Assembly (NCBI RefSeq): GCF_000315625.1
Contig: NW_005434672.1
Coordinates: 713,374-777,373 of the forward strand
From: Guillardia theta CCMP2712
Lineage: Eukaryota > Protista > Cryptophyta
Length of the DNA stretch: 64,000 nt
Reading direction: 5' to 3'
Under the pieces are notes generated by a model that did not search any database, was not told the DNA's origin, and saw only the letters and a list, made by a program, of their open reading frames with translations. This document shows, piece by piece, positions 50,960 through 63,117 of this stretch (the stretch's first letter is position 1; each line of letters starts with the position of its first letter). A program made the position numbers and the translations under genes.

Positions 50960-52593
50960 CTAATCCTTTGGGTCAATGATTCCAGCATCTGAGATCTTCA
51001 CAAAAAATTAGCTATCAAAAGCAGGAATTCTGATTTTTTTTGCATACTTGATATGAAGCTTCCGCTTCCGGTTGCGATGGCGAGTCCACAACCTTGCAAA
51101 TTCTGCAATCTCCCCTACCTTTCTTGAGCTCAAGACGAGTTGTAGAGGCATGCGCCAGCACGTGACCTCCAACTGACACATGGCTGTGAGTTTCATTGAA
51201 TGCGAAACATTGCACAATACCTGGCTTTTTGGGATCGGAGACGAAAGTCATTCCTCCGTCGGGATTGCTCATCACTTGATTGGTTATCAAGACCGCTACG
51301 TTGAATTCTTCCGCCATCTTTGTAATTTTGCTGAGCATTTGACCCAACGATTGCTGTCTTGCAGATAGCTCTCCTCGACCTACATAATCAACACGAAACA
51401 GCGACTGCGGTGAAAGGATTAGTCCAACATCACAACTCGGAATTCTCAAAGGAATCTTTACCGTCATGCTATCAATTATAAGGATAGCGAATGGCCCTTC
51501 CTCCATCATGATTGCTGCTAGATCTCGAATCATATTCATCTGATGGTCCGTATTGTACGCTCGAGCAATAAGCAAATTGTTCAGCACTGATTCACAGTCG
51601 ACACCGAACCTTTCAGCAATAGGTGCAATTTTTTCTACGGCCATCGTGTTGATCACAGCAAAATTATAGTTCAACATTCTCACCAGGTCGGAAAGCACCC
51701 TTTGAACATTGGTCAGCGTCAAAACCATGGAATCGCTGTAAGCCTACCTCGGTATCGATGATGGCCACTTTACCTTCCCCGCCACCATGCTGCGCTGGAA
51801 GCTAAGAAAAGGAGATCAATCATGATCGAGTTTTTTCACAGAACATGTTGCTTGTACCATTGCTGTCACGGCAAGGGTGTGGACCCATTGTGTTTTTCCA
51901 GTCCGAAACTCACCATAAATTTCTGTGATGCTGGAGCTCTCTAAACCGCCACCCAATAAAGCGTCAAGACCCTTGACTCCTAAATTGACGTCAAACTATT
52001 GAAAAGTATTCAAACCATGCTCGTTCCTGTTGTGATCTTCTTGATTCGCTTTCGAAGATGCAACGCTTCGACCCCTGTCTTGAATGAAAAAGACTGAAAT
52101 GAAAAAACACATAGTCAGCATCGTAAACAGTCATTCATGGGATTTGACCTTTTCTTTCTGGATTGCTTCGAGAACTTTGTCAATCTTCGCTTCCGTGATA
52201 CCTTTGATGAGGAGAAGATTCTTCTTGACGGTGTACAGAACAGATTCAACCTGGGCAGCAGAATGCGATTTACAATTTTTCAGACATAACATTGTATTAA
52301 GGTATGTACGGTATGATATCCCGCATCTTTGAATTTGTTGACATCTGTCTTTGTAATCTAGCAACATTACAGATAAGTGGGTATCAAAAAATCATAGCTG
52401 GGAGGATGACTTACCCCGTGCTTTGTCACCACCTCCAGGTCCTGAAAACAAAGTAAGGATTCATAGTATTGTAAAAACATGCATGAAGAAACAATTCAGG
52501 ACACTTCCACATAACATGAATTTGCCTTACCAGGTATGGGCTCTCGCTAGCAGCGGTGGCATGGCCAGAAGCCGATTGTGCTTGTGCTTGCAT
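50960..52593 (-). CDS. DMC1: Meiotic recombinase DMC1
   Basis: IKGITEAK and Walker [33 protein letters not shown] and [18 protein letters not shown] use DMC1-type rather than RAD51-type residues. Many micro-exons. Confidence 0.88.
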
Positions 52594-52729
52594 AGTTCAG
52601 GCGGGGCCACAAACTTTTGCGCGCCAACTGTTTCGCGGGTCGTTTTTATAGACCGTACAGTGTAATCAGGCAACGCCAAGCCTATATCTAGCATCAGGAC
52701 ACCTGTCAGTGTGTCCTGTCCTCGCTCTT

Positions 52730-53100
52730 CGCTGACACCGGGCCCACCGTGATCACCTGACAGGCCTCACTCACTGTCGCAGGCCTGGCAACAGCGGCGG
52801 GGCCGGGCCGGGCCGGGTGCGTGGCCCCGGGGACTCCGAAGATCCGATCGGATTGAGTCGTGCCGCGTACTGATCACTGACCACTCAGTGACTGCCAGGA
52901 CTCTGCCGCGGGGCTGTGACTGAGCCTTCAGACGGCCTCAGGTGAGCGCCACGGACGCCGGTGCCATGATGCACTCGGAGCCTCCGCTGCGCGCCCCGCC
53001 CCCCCGGGCCTCAGCGGCCCCTGAGTCTCAGCCGCCGGCGAGCCGGCCCGGGCCGTCGCCGTCCGACCGGGACGGTCCGATCAGCATCCGTCCGACACAT
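52730..53100. promoter_or_regulatory. GC-rich palindromic island upstream of DMC1
   Basis: GGCCGGGCCGGGCC, ATCCGATCGGAT and CACTGA/TCAGTG words. Confidence 0.4.
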
Positions 53101-53192
53101 GAAGTTTTACTGAAGGAACTTTGCACACTGAATCCCGGGGCCATGAGACCATATAACGTCATACGAAGAAGCAAATGTTCTTTCGATTCTCT

Positions 53193-56170
53193 TCAGTTTG
53201 CGCGAGATGTCAGGCTAGCATCCTTGTTGGTCACCCCGAGGACAGTCTGATACTGCGCCCCGTCCTTGGCGATGGCATACGCCTTCTCTACCTGTCTCAG
53301 TCAGTCAGATCCGAGGGAGCCGCAGGTGACCCTTCAACGTCAGATGGCCATAACAAACCTGTTCGTCGTCAGCCAGCGAGAGAGAGAGGATGTAGCTCTC
53401 AGGAACGTAGTGCTGCCGGATGGCTATCTCCAGCCTCTTCATGATGTCCTTGCGGTTCTTGTCGAACTCGCCCATGAGCAGAGACGACAGGTGCTTCTGC
53501 AGCGACTGCACATCGTTCTTTGCCTCTCCGTAACCAGCCTGATCGAGCGCCTCCTGCTCGCCGAAAGAGACGGTCACAAGGCAGACCGAAGAAAGGAATG
53601 CGCTGAGTCGTACCTGCATCAGCTCCAGGCTCTTGTCAAAGGGGCCCTCGAATTCACTCTCCTCCTTCTCGACATATCGCTGGAACTCCTTGTAGACTTC
53701 ATCCGTAACGACTGGCAACGGGCCTTTCGCTAGCGCCTCCCCGTCATCGACATGCTTCTGCGGGTAAGGCGGGTCAGCCACTGGAGCCTGTCAACCCTGA
53801 GCTCACTTTCTGCCATTCTGTAGCAAACTTAAAGAACGTGTCTCGCTTCTCCAGCTCCTTCTCGAGCTGTCCGGGTTGAGCTGGTTGCATCTGACAGACC
53901 AGTCAGGAATTCCCGTAAACCTCAACTAGTCAGCACTCACCGCAATGTCCGGCTCGATCCCGCCAGCGTCCCGCACGGGCCTCCCATTGTCAGTGTAGAA
54001 AACCTTGAACAGATGTCATGCAAGGGAAGACCCTGTGCCTGCCTCACTTTTCTCTCGGCGATTGCTGTGGCCTCAGTGCCAACAAAACCATTCTTGGCTT
54101 CCTTGTAGGTTTTGCTCTGAATGCACCTGTTCTCAAGGTTCGAACACTCGATTCTTCTCAAGCAAATAGCTCAACCTTCCAGAAGGCGTGTAGTACTTGC
54201 CAACGGTGAACTTGATCTGTGGAAGACATTCAATCCATCCCTCTGATCCCTCACCCCTCTCCCCTTCCTCCTTACCTGCGTTCCTCCCTTCCCGATCTTT
54301 TGAAGCTGCTGAACCAAACCCTACGCACGTCGTGTGAGTCGATGAAAACGTACAGGAGAAGACTTTGGGTCAGGAGAGAGGCATCGCACCTTTCCGTATG
54401 TAGTTTCACCTATGATCACCGCGCGATCATGATCCTGACTCCAGCTGTCACTCCTCCTCACCGTGGACAGCGAACTACACACCTGCAGGGCTCCAGCAAC
54501 GATCTCCGAAGCGCTGGCTGTGTTCTGCTGGACATGTGAGGCGGGAGCAGGAAATCCCTTCTTCATCCAAATGACCTTGTTCACCAGGACCACCAGTCTT
54601 GTGCTTGGGTCTAGCAGAGGAGGATGGAAAGCAACACGACTGTTTCCTGCTGGGATCAGGATTGGCATCGCCTGTACACATCCTCTCAGTGGGCGCTCCT
54701 CTCCGCCGACAGCTGACCTTGTAGACAGTCTCGAACGATGAAGTTTTGCTCTTCTGCCCCGACTTTGTCAGCAGGCTCTTGTCCACCTTGTTCTCATCCT
54801 GCGACAGCTCGCTCTTGGCAGTGTCGCTCGCGATGTTCGACTCTATCAGCCGTCCTCGGGTGGTCACGATGTCCTTCCCTTCGCCGATGAAGAGATCGGA
54901 AACCTTGCACCCCCGTCAGACGATCCACCAGAACCATCTCGAGACACCTTGATAGCCGACGTTAGCAGCCCTCCGGGATTGTTGCGAAGATCCAAGATCA
55001 GGCCGTTGAGGGGGCTCTTTGACTGAAGCTGCGAAATCTACAAGGCCAGATCAGTTTACCCGACGCCTAGCAGGCAGGCAAGTGAGATCATACCACGTAT
55101 GCGAGCTCTGCAGCTGCTGATGAGCTGAAGCCTTGCAGTTTGACATACCTGCAAAAACCCGTCAATCATTTCTGAGAGCACTCCCGCAACACACCCAATC
55201 TTCTCGGCTTCATCTCCGATCATCATGCCGAGGGGAACGTCACGAAGGAGGACAATCTGGTCACCATGTCAGTCAGGCAAGCAAGGGATCAGCAAAACAC
55301 CAGACCCTTCGCTTCAACTCCTGCTCTTGGACCTCCGCGATGCCAGGACGGGAATAGCGAATTTTGACGCTAGTGCCCGGATCCCCCTTGAGCAATTCGC
55401 TCACTTTGTCCACAGGAAGGTCTTTGACGTCCTTGCCATTCACGCTCAACAGTACATCTCCGGCCCTCAGCCCAGCATCGAACGCGTAGCCCTCGAATGC
55501 CCCCATAATGTTGATGTAAGGGAGTTCTTCACCCTGATGGGGAGTCAGATAAGACCACAAGCTTCACATTCACCTTGGAGTTCTTGGGCTTTGCGATGAC
55601 CAGACCCACCCCGCCATAGTTGCCAAAGGTCTGCACTTTCATCTGCTGAGCTGCTTGCACGTTCTCGAACTCCGTGTAAGGGTCTAGAGAGGACAGCATC
55701 GCGTTGAAACCAGTCTCGGTCAGCTTGTCAAGGTCGACAGGTTCAACATAGAGGTTTTGAATGTCTTTCAGGATCTCTGCAAATAGCTCTACCTTCTCCT
55801 CGATCTTGGAGTTCTTCTCTTCGGCTGCCACATTGTTGGCCTGCACAGGAGCGACCTTGGTCTGAGGGGGTGCAGCTTTTGCTTCAAGGTGGGATTGACC
55901 GAAAACCAGAGAAATCGCAATGAAGGCAGACAGAGCTTGGTTCCAGACCGTCTTTGAAATGTCATTCCTATCCTTGCTCTGAAGGTTCATGTTGACAACC
56001 ATCGGAACTGTTCCCTTCCTGACTCCTAATGTGTACCTTTGGTGTTGGTGGAGGCATGATGATGTAGGCCGTAAATGAAGTGAGTGATATGAGGCAATGG
56101 GCTGGAATCCCACCACTCCAGTCAGACTGAGGGACAAGGTGAAGAGAAGGAAGGTGCTTGAATGGCTCAT
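53193..56170 (-). CDS. Carboxyl-terminal processing protease (S41A, Ctp-like) with PDZ; tripartite plastid/thylakoid-lumen presequence
   Basis: VVG-FQP signal cleavage and a second hydrophobic stretch ending AKA. Motifs LDPYTEF, YGGVGL, LDLRNNPGGLL, TASASEIVAGALQDHDRA, TYGKGLVQ and YYTPSGRCIQ. Confidence 0.9.
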
Positions 56171-58360
56171 CGAAGACGCTAGACTGTAGGACGCTACAAA
56201 AGTTGACTCGGTAGCTGAGCCAGAAATCGCTCAGCGAAGAGATGCAGAGCAAAAGGAAGAGAGCGAGAGAGCTTCAAGAGGAGAACGCGGGATAAGGATC
56301 TTCTTGGGGTGAGCTGATGCGCTAGGGTTGCGGCGGCACCACAGTCCCTGCCCTGCCTTGCTCTTCCTTCCTGACCAGCGAAGACGCCTTATGTCTCGGG
56401 TCTGCAACAAGGTGCCCGCAGACTAGGTGTGTCCGGTACGCTACTATCTGTACGTTGTTACTGTAGGTTAAATTCGCGTACAGTAGGAATTTCAAAAAGT
56501 GATTCGGTACGAGCTGTACTATCCGAAAGAACGAATTTCAATTTGTTTCAAAGTTTTCAAATTTTTGATCGAACATACAAAATGATGAGGACCCACTTGC
56601 CATGCTGCGGGACGGCCAAGTTGATGATGGAAGCTACAGCGGTTCCGCCGACGTTGCTGGTGAAGATAGATAGGTGATGTCAGATACATGTTATCATCCA
56701 TTCAGAATCAGGTCCATTTTCTGCAGCATGGATGAAAGCCGCGCATTCACGAGTGCGTAACGAAAAGAATCCAGGTTAAACATGCAACGAGGTTCATGCT
56801 GCATACTACAGGCAAAGGCTTCTTATCGTTTCAACTTTGAAGCACAGGCAAGTCAAAAAGACTGTATGCATCCGATGTGAAGGCTTGTTATTGTCGCGGT
56901 ACTGGGCAATTCGCAGCATGCGGCAAGCAAACCTGAATCATGCTCGCACAGAAATCTATATCATGAAGCGACGCTTTGAATGCCGGGCGAGATCCACTCG
57001 CTGTAGATGAATGGAAGCAAGCAAAGACAATCAATGAACACCTCGATGCAATCCGTACTGCAGAGTCAGACATTGGCGGGGATAGGAAAAGTATATTGAA
57101 CAAGCACATTGAAGGTGGGAATACCTTGATTGAATTAGAGAAGTTTTATATCAAGATTCAGCTGCTCTACTAGAAACTCTTTATCAGTAAACTCTTACAG
57201 CTCGGTTTGGAATTTCATCCACTTGCCTTATGACATGGCTTCTGTTGATAGCCTGGTGGAAACTTACGAATGTGTCTTGATCTAAAAATGGTTTGCACCG
57301 CCTTGAATGATCGAGGTTTGAGAAAAGAACGATGGTTGGTTGACGATTAATGAACGAATGAACGATGTATTCATCAGAGAACATTCATCTAACCATCAAC
57401 TTGATCAGGATCGCGGTAAATCGCGGTCGGAAGCGAAGGGCTGATGAGCGGGAAGGATGGGAGAGGGGGCAGGGCGGTGGGCAGGGGGGGGCGGTTTAAA
57501 AACTTGACTTTTAAATTTGACGAACCTACAGTAAGTACTAAACGTTCTTATTTTGCTCGGATTTGAGAAATAGCGATTATCGTACTATCTGTACGTTCAT
57601 CGTTAAAAACGGTTGTAGTGAAATTTAACGGACTGTCCGTAACATTTGTACCAGGGAACGTACAGATAGTTGCGTACCGGACACACCTACTATGGTAGAC
57701 CAGAGAAATTCCGCCGGAACTTCCCGGAGCAGTCCCGGCCCGGACTGAGTTCAAGTTCCGGGACTCCGATGAACAGCACAGGCAGCAGCTGGCGGGCGGG
57801 GCCCGGCTGCACTGACCCCCAGTCCTTCTCCTGCAGTGCGGCCCGCGGGGCTGCCTTGCCGCAGTGCCACCTGTCGCACGGTTTTCCAGCCCCGGTTTGC
57901 CACACCCCCGGGCTCTCGGGAGTCTGACACGTGACAACTTGGCAAGCCTGTCACCGGGGCCGAGTCAATCTCCGAAGTTCTACCGTACTCTACTGCTACA
58001 GTTCAAGAAGATAAAAACACAAACTTTCTCGGTGATCCGTGGATCATGTCAGCCGAGAATGACGAGAGAAGGAGGATAAGATAAGAGAGTCTGAGGACTC
58101 GGAGAGAACTTCTGAGATAACGAACAAGAGAAGGATTCCGTCACTCTTTGCCCCTCAGGGGCCTTGTGATGCGTGGGTCCCGTCATATCTACGAAGAAAG
58201 GGCCAGCCCTAGAATGAAACATCTTGTACGATTCATCTCACAGAGTCAACGGTCTCGTACTAATGTCAGTGCTTTCAGAACTCACCAAACACCGTGACTG
58301 AAGCAAGCAGATCAGCCTCACGAAGGGTCAAATGTAACGTTCTGTAACGGTAAGGGAAAA

Positions 58361-59230
58361 ATGGTGCGGCGACAACAGACTGGATGGTAAGGCACAAGAG
58401 TCGCAAGAGGAGGATGGGAGGGTGGCAGAGAAGGAGGAGAAGACCAGGGGTGAGAATGAGGATGAATCATACTCACTTGGTACCGTTCCAGGGCCTTGTT
58501 TGCCGCTTCCGTTGTTCTGGGAACCCTTGCCATGTCCTTGGTGGCCGTACGAATGATGTCGAACCGAGCCGCCGCTCTTGAAAGTTGGCATACGCTGACG
58601 CCATCGAATGTGCGAACTGAGCGTGCCAAGTTTGCTTTCGATCGTGAGAAGGATCATCTGGTGAGGTAGCATGTTGGCCAACTCAAGAAAACTCAAAGTT
58701 GGTTTTCAGGACCACAGTGGCCGACACCGTCTGAAACATTTCTTTGGATTGCAGCACTTCCCAGGTATGATTGATTCGAGATGATTCGGGACGAAAGGTC
58801 ATTTTTGTTCTTGCAAAGGACATGCACTTGCCAAGCAACCCAGGAGCTCGGTTCTGCGGGACAAGAATGACGAAGCTGGGGCGAGCAAGCTTACAGATGC
58901 AGCGTACATGCAGAAATTGGCGCAAGAGCGCAATTTCCGCATGAAGAATGGTTACTTCGATTCAAATAGGTATGCATACGAATCCGAGAATCTGATATCT
59001 GACAAAATCTTGCAGTTATGCAGAAACCCTTATGACGAATGCGAAGTCTGAACAGGCGGCATACATGAAAAATTGGCACAAAAAGAACAGGATTGCGGCC
59101 AAGGCTGCAGTGAAAGTATGTTGGCTCTCCAATTGATTTTCGATAAATTCACAGCTATGGGCAGGATGCCTCAGTCCTCTACAAGAAATGGATGTTGATT
59201 GATCCTTACACCGGAAGGTCTGTTCGGCCA
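58361..59230 (+). CDS. Hypothetical small protein with N-terminal membrane anchor
   Basis: Spliced reading MVRRQQTGWALFAASVVLGTLAMSLVAV..KLTDAAYMQKLAQERNF, with canonical GT-AG introns. The last exon frame is ambiguous. Confidence 0.5.
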
Positions 59231-60300
59231 TAATGTGGTTTCAGGTGGTAAATAGTTTTTCAGATCTAAATCCAACATGGTAGTGCCACAAGAAAAGGTA
59301 GCAATTTTAAGATCTGATATTGCATTCCACCTCGTTGAATGATTGATTTCAGGCTGCAACGCAGGGAATGAGAAAACAACAACTTTTGGAAGTCACGGCC
59401 GACAACGATGTGAAATACAATGTGCGTAGATTGAATCTTGAGCTTCACTCCCACAGAATTCGTCCTTGTCTTCTTACCGGTGATGATCCCACGTCCTGGT
59501 CTGACCCGTTCGCAGCTGCCTTGGTGGTGTGTTGTCGAGCACCCTGAAGTCAATGGGGCTGGGAAGGTCTGTTTCTTCTCATGTCGTCTCCTGCAGGAAT
59601 ACGTCCTTGGTTACCCGGTGTCTGAGTCTATTGTTGTTCAGGGTTGGGATGGAGCGGTAACACCGGCGGGGAAGACTGGACCAGGTACGTAGCAACTTCC
59701 GAAGCCATGTTCAAATTCAAATTCCCCCGTGATGACTGCTTCAGGCGTCGATTGCTCTTTCCCTGGCACTGGCAACGCTGCAGCATACCGAATGCAGACC
59801 AAGGGGACCACTGAGCAGGTTGAAAGTGCTACCGTGACCACACCCAGCGACTCTCTCATTGTCGCAGCAGTTGTCTCAGATTCCGTCTCGTCGCACCCAG
59901 TTGTTGGAGTGGAGGCATACGATGAATGCTCGTGAGTTAGCTCGCCCGCCTTGCCGCTCCGCTGTCTCTGACATAGTTGGTAGGTAACTACATGAACCGA
60001 CCGGGCTCAGCCACTTCGGTGACTAACTCCGATGGCCCGGGTAAAGTCAGCACATCTCGTGAACTTGTTTGTCTGATCAACGAGCAGAGTATAACGTGAT
60101 GGCGGATAACTTTCAGTTCCCCGATTATTAGAGCTTCTTCGCGAAGATTCTTTGGCTCTAAGATGACTCCTTGCATGTTATTTGCGGTCATTTAGAGTTG
60201 TGAGGGGTTTTCGAAATTTGAAGCATGGATACAAGTCACAATCAGCTGGCTTAAGCTACGGATGTAAATTATAAACAGAACATTCTACCTACTCCTTGCT

Positions 60301-60906
60301 TCACTTTGCGCCTTCCTGCATTGCAATCGTCTGTCGTTTCCCTTCCACCGCTGAAAGTATCGCCTGCACCCGTGGAGTCAGAAAAATCATGTCTTGCTGA
60401 AAGTCTTTACACACCTCTTGCTGATCCGGAGTCATGGTCTCCAGCTGTTGTTGTCTTTCTTCTTCTGAGAGGGCAAGCCAGGTCCTGCACAGCACTCTGA
60501 TTCAGTCCAAGTCTGACACCTCCCTAGGTCCTTACTTCACGGACTCCTCGGACACGGTCAGTTGAGGTTTCCCAGCAAGAAATGCTTCTGTGGCAGCTCT
60601 TTCCTGGGGAGACATAGCCTCTAGGATTTGGTCCTGCTGTTCTTTGCTCAAGCTCTTCCAATACTCCATCTGCTCCTTTGCGAAATCTTCTGCATTTCCA
60701 CCCTGCTCGGCCGCTTGTTGCACAGTAGCATCCTCAGCCCCTGCCTGCCCGCCTCTCAGTCGTGCGACGTCAGGACTTCCATGCATCTTGGCGCTAGAGG
60801 GACAAGCTTGAGGAGAGCAGGAGCAGGAGCAGGATGAAACCACCAGAGCAAAGACGCACAGCAGCAGCGATGCCCTCCCTTGCCCCACCATGCCTTCGGG
60901 CGTCAC
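60301..60906 (-). CDS. Small hypothetical protein: signal peptide, RLRGG, two helical repeats (W..LS.E.Q..LE.M[ST]P.[EQ])
   Basis: ORFs 60532..60906 and 60301..60495 joined by short introns. Confidence 0.7.
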
Positions 60907-61184
60907 AAATAATCTTCAGTCAACTCCCCGACAACTCTCTCTCAGTCAAAGGTGCCAGCTGCCGCAGTGCCGTGCGGCAACTCAGTGCGGGCCGCCGAGC
61001 GCCCGGTTCCCCGGGCCTGCCAGACTCCAAACGGCGTTGAACCGTTCGAGGCCGGAAACCGCCGTGGCACTGCACTGCACTGCTCGGGGGCTCTGTCCGG
61101 CGACTCCGGAGGGACAGTTGACCACACTGTTTTATTGGACAGAGAGAGTTGCCATCATGTTCGACAAACTAGGTCCTCACTGAA

Positions 61185-62842
61185 CTAATTCATGATGTCA
61201 AAGCACTTGAGCAGGACACTTACGCCCCATCCAGTAGCTCGTTGGTTCTCTTCCACTTGTTTCGCCATATCGATATGCTAGCACCCAAGGAGTTAGTCGT
61301 TTTACACTCATGCTCCCGGCGACAACAACTTACAATCCATACGCCCTTGTAGCTCTCAGGCAGATGAGCTTCAATGAAATGCCCTGCACAAGACGACAAG
61401 GCATTGCTGCGGTCATCGGCGCTATTCTTCATGTCTGCAACCTAAAAGCAGAATGAGACTCTGGGGAAGAATGCTTGGAGGCTCTCTGAGAAAAGATGCA
61501 CCTCTGAGCGGAAAGCTTGCTCCATGAAGAACTCGGGACAATAAACCACAGGATAGACCAAATCTCCGGTCACGATGCCAGCTTCGACAATCTTCTTCTC
61601 TGACTCTGTGTTGTTGCATAGCACTGCAGCATGCTACCAAGCAAGGGATGAGTCAAAGTTGCTGTGATCACTGTAAAGTTGTACCTTCTTGCCGGTTGCG
61701 ATGCACTGAGCTCCTGTCAAGGTTGCCATGTCTAGAATCACGTCTGGGTTGAACGTGGACGCAGCGTAGTTGACTCCGTCGGCAAGAACCAGCCTTCCTT
61801 CGGCATCAGTGTTGTTCACCTCAACGGTTTTGCCAGACAGCATTGTAATGATGTCATCAGGACGCATGGAGACGGAGTCAACTGAGTTTTCAGCCAGGCA
61901 TAACAAAGCGACGAGCTTGAACTTACATCCAATCTGAGTAGCAGCCGAGAAGGACGCCAAGACAGCCGCTGACCCCCCCATGTCTCTCTTCATGGACGGC
62001 ATGTCTGACTTTCCCTTGATGCTCAGCCCTCCAGTGTCGTACACAATGCCCTTTCCAACCCAGCAAACAGTCTGAGCATCCTTTGGCATGTCACTGGGAG
62101 TGTAGGTCAGGACAACCAGGGCTGGTCCATGCTCAGCTGCCTTGCCCACGTTCCACAGGCCCCCGAACCCCTTCTCCTGCAGTTCCCTGTCGCGAATGAC
62201 CTCCATCGAAACCTTTCCTGTCTTGCAGTCAAGCTGAGCCACTTGCTTCGCTTCATCTATCATCGCATCTGTGTGCATGTAGTTTGTTGGAGTGTCCACC
62301 AGCCGGGCAGCCAAGCGAATAGCCCTTGCCATTTCATTTAGTTGACGTACAGTTTCTTCCGACGCGACCTCAAAATTTTGGCCCTTGTGAACGAGGACGA
62401 GGACTTGCAAGTCAGGCTTCTTTCGCTGACTGGACTTCATATCAAACAACGGTGGGCATGAACGGGTCACAGCCGCCGAGAGAGCCACGACATGCTCTGC
62501 AGGGCATGCAACCACAACCGTCGTGTCTTTGCGGGCCAGCAGTGGCTTCAGGAGAGCAGGAACCTTGTCAGGACGAGCAGGACAGTTGCATCGAGTGTGC
62601 TTGGTCGGGAGGCTGATGACTGTCAGCTTCTTACCGAGCAACGGGAGAACTTCGCCAGCATCCGACGCATCCAATCCCTTGACGGCATTGGCGAAGGATG
62701 CCTCATCGATCTCAGAGGCAGGAGACACTGCCGACTGAGCTGCCTGGAAGAGAGAAGGAGCCTGGAGGGTTGGAGGAGCGCCGATAACGACGCATGCGCG
62801 CTCTTCGAGGCTCCCGCCGCCTGCCGCCGCTCGAACAAACAT
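61185..62842 (-). CDS. NPEPL1: M17 leucyl aminopeptidase, NPEPL1-like
   Basis: VGKGIVYDTGGLSIK, MKRDMGG, NTDAEGRLVLADG, DMATLTGAQ, MKNS..DRSNA.SSCAG and HIDM. The start may lie further upstream. Confidence 0.88.
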
Positions 62843-63117
62843 GGTGGGGTGAGAGTCGGACAGCCTACAGGGCGAGCTTTTCACTCAACTTCTTTTTGTA
62901 CCGGCGCGGCGTACCGTTGCAACGGAAAGTATCGGGATCGTAACCGTCAGTCGATGCGCCCTGAATGGCTCGAGAAGAGGAACGAGAAGGAGGAGAGGGA
63001 CGTAGGCGATGAAGCGATGACGGAGAGCGCAGAGGGACTCCTGCTCTGCGACTGAATCTCAGAGGGCTGAGCGATCCTCCGCCCTCCCCTCCCGGTGAGG
63101 GCACTGGCCCCAGCAAC

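Noticed and set aside
32398-56170. Three PDZ-containing genes as a functional cluster
   Set aside because: They are different PDZ subtypes with unrelated architectures; proximity is likely coincidental.
56570-57175. Possible small AT-rich plus-strand gene
   Set aside because: Only short exon-like pieces without homology cues; not supportable.
59340-60190. Possible gene between the 58361 and 60301 genes
   Set aside because: Frames are interrupted on both strands and the strand could not be determined.
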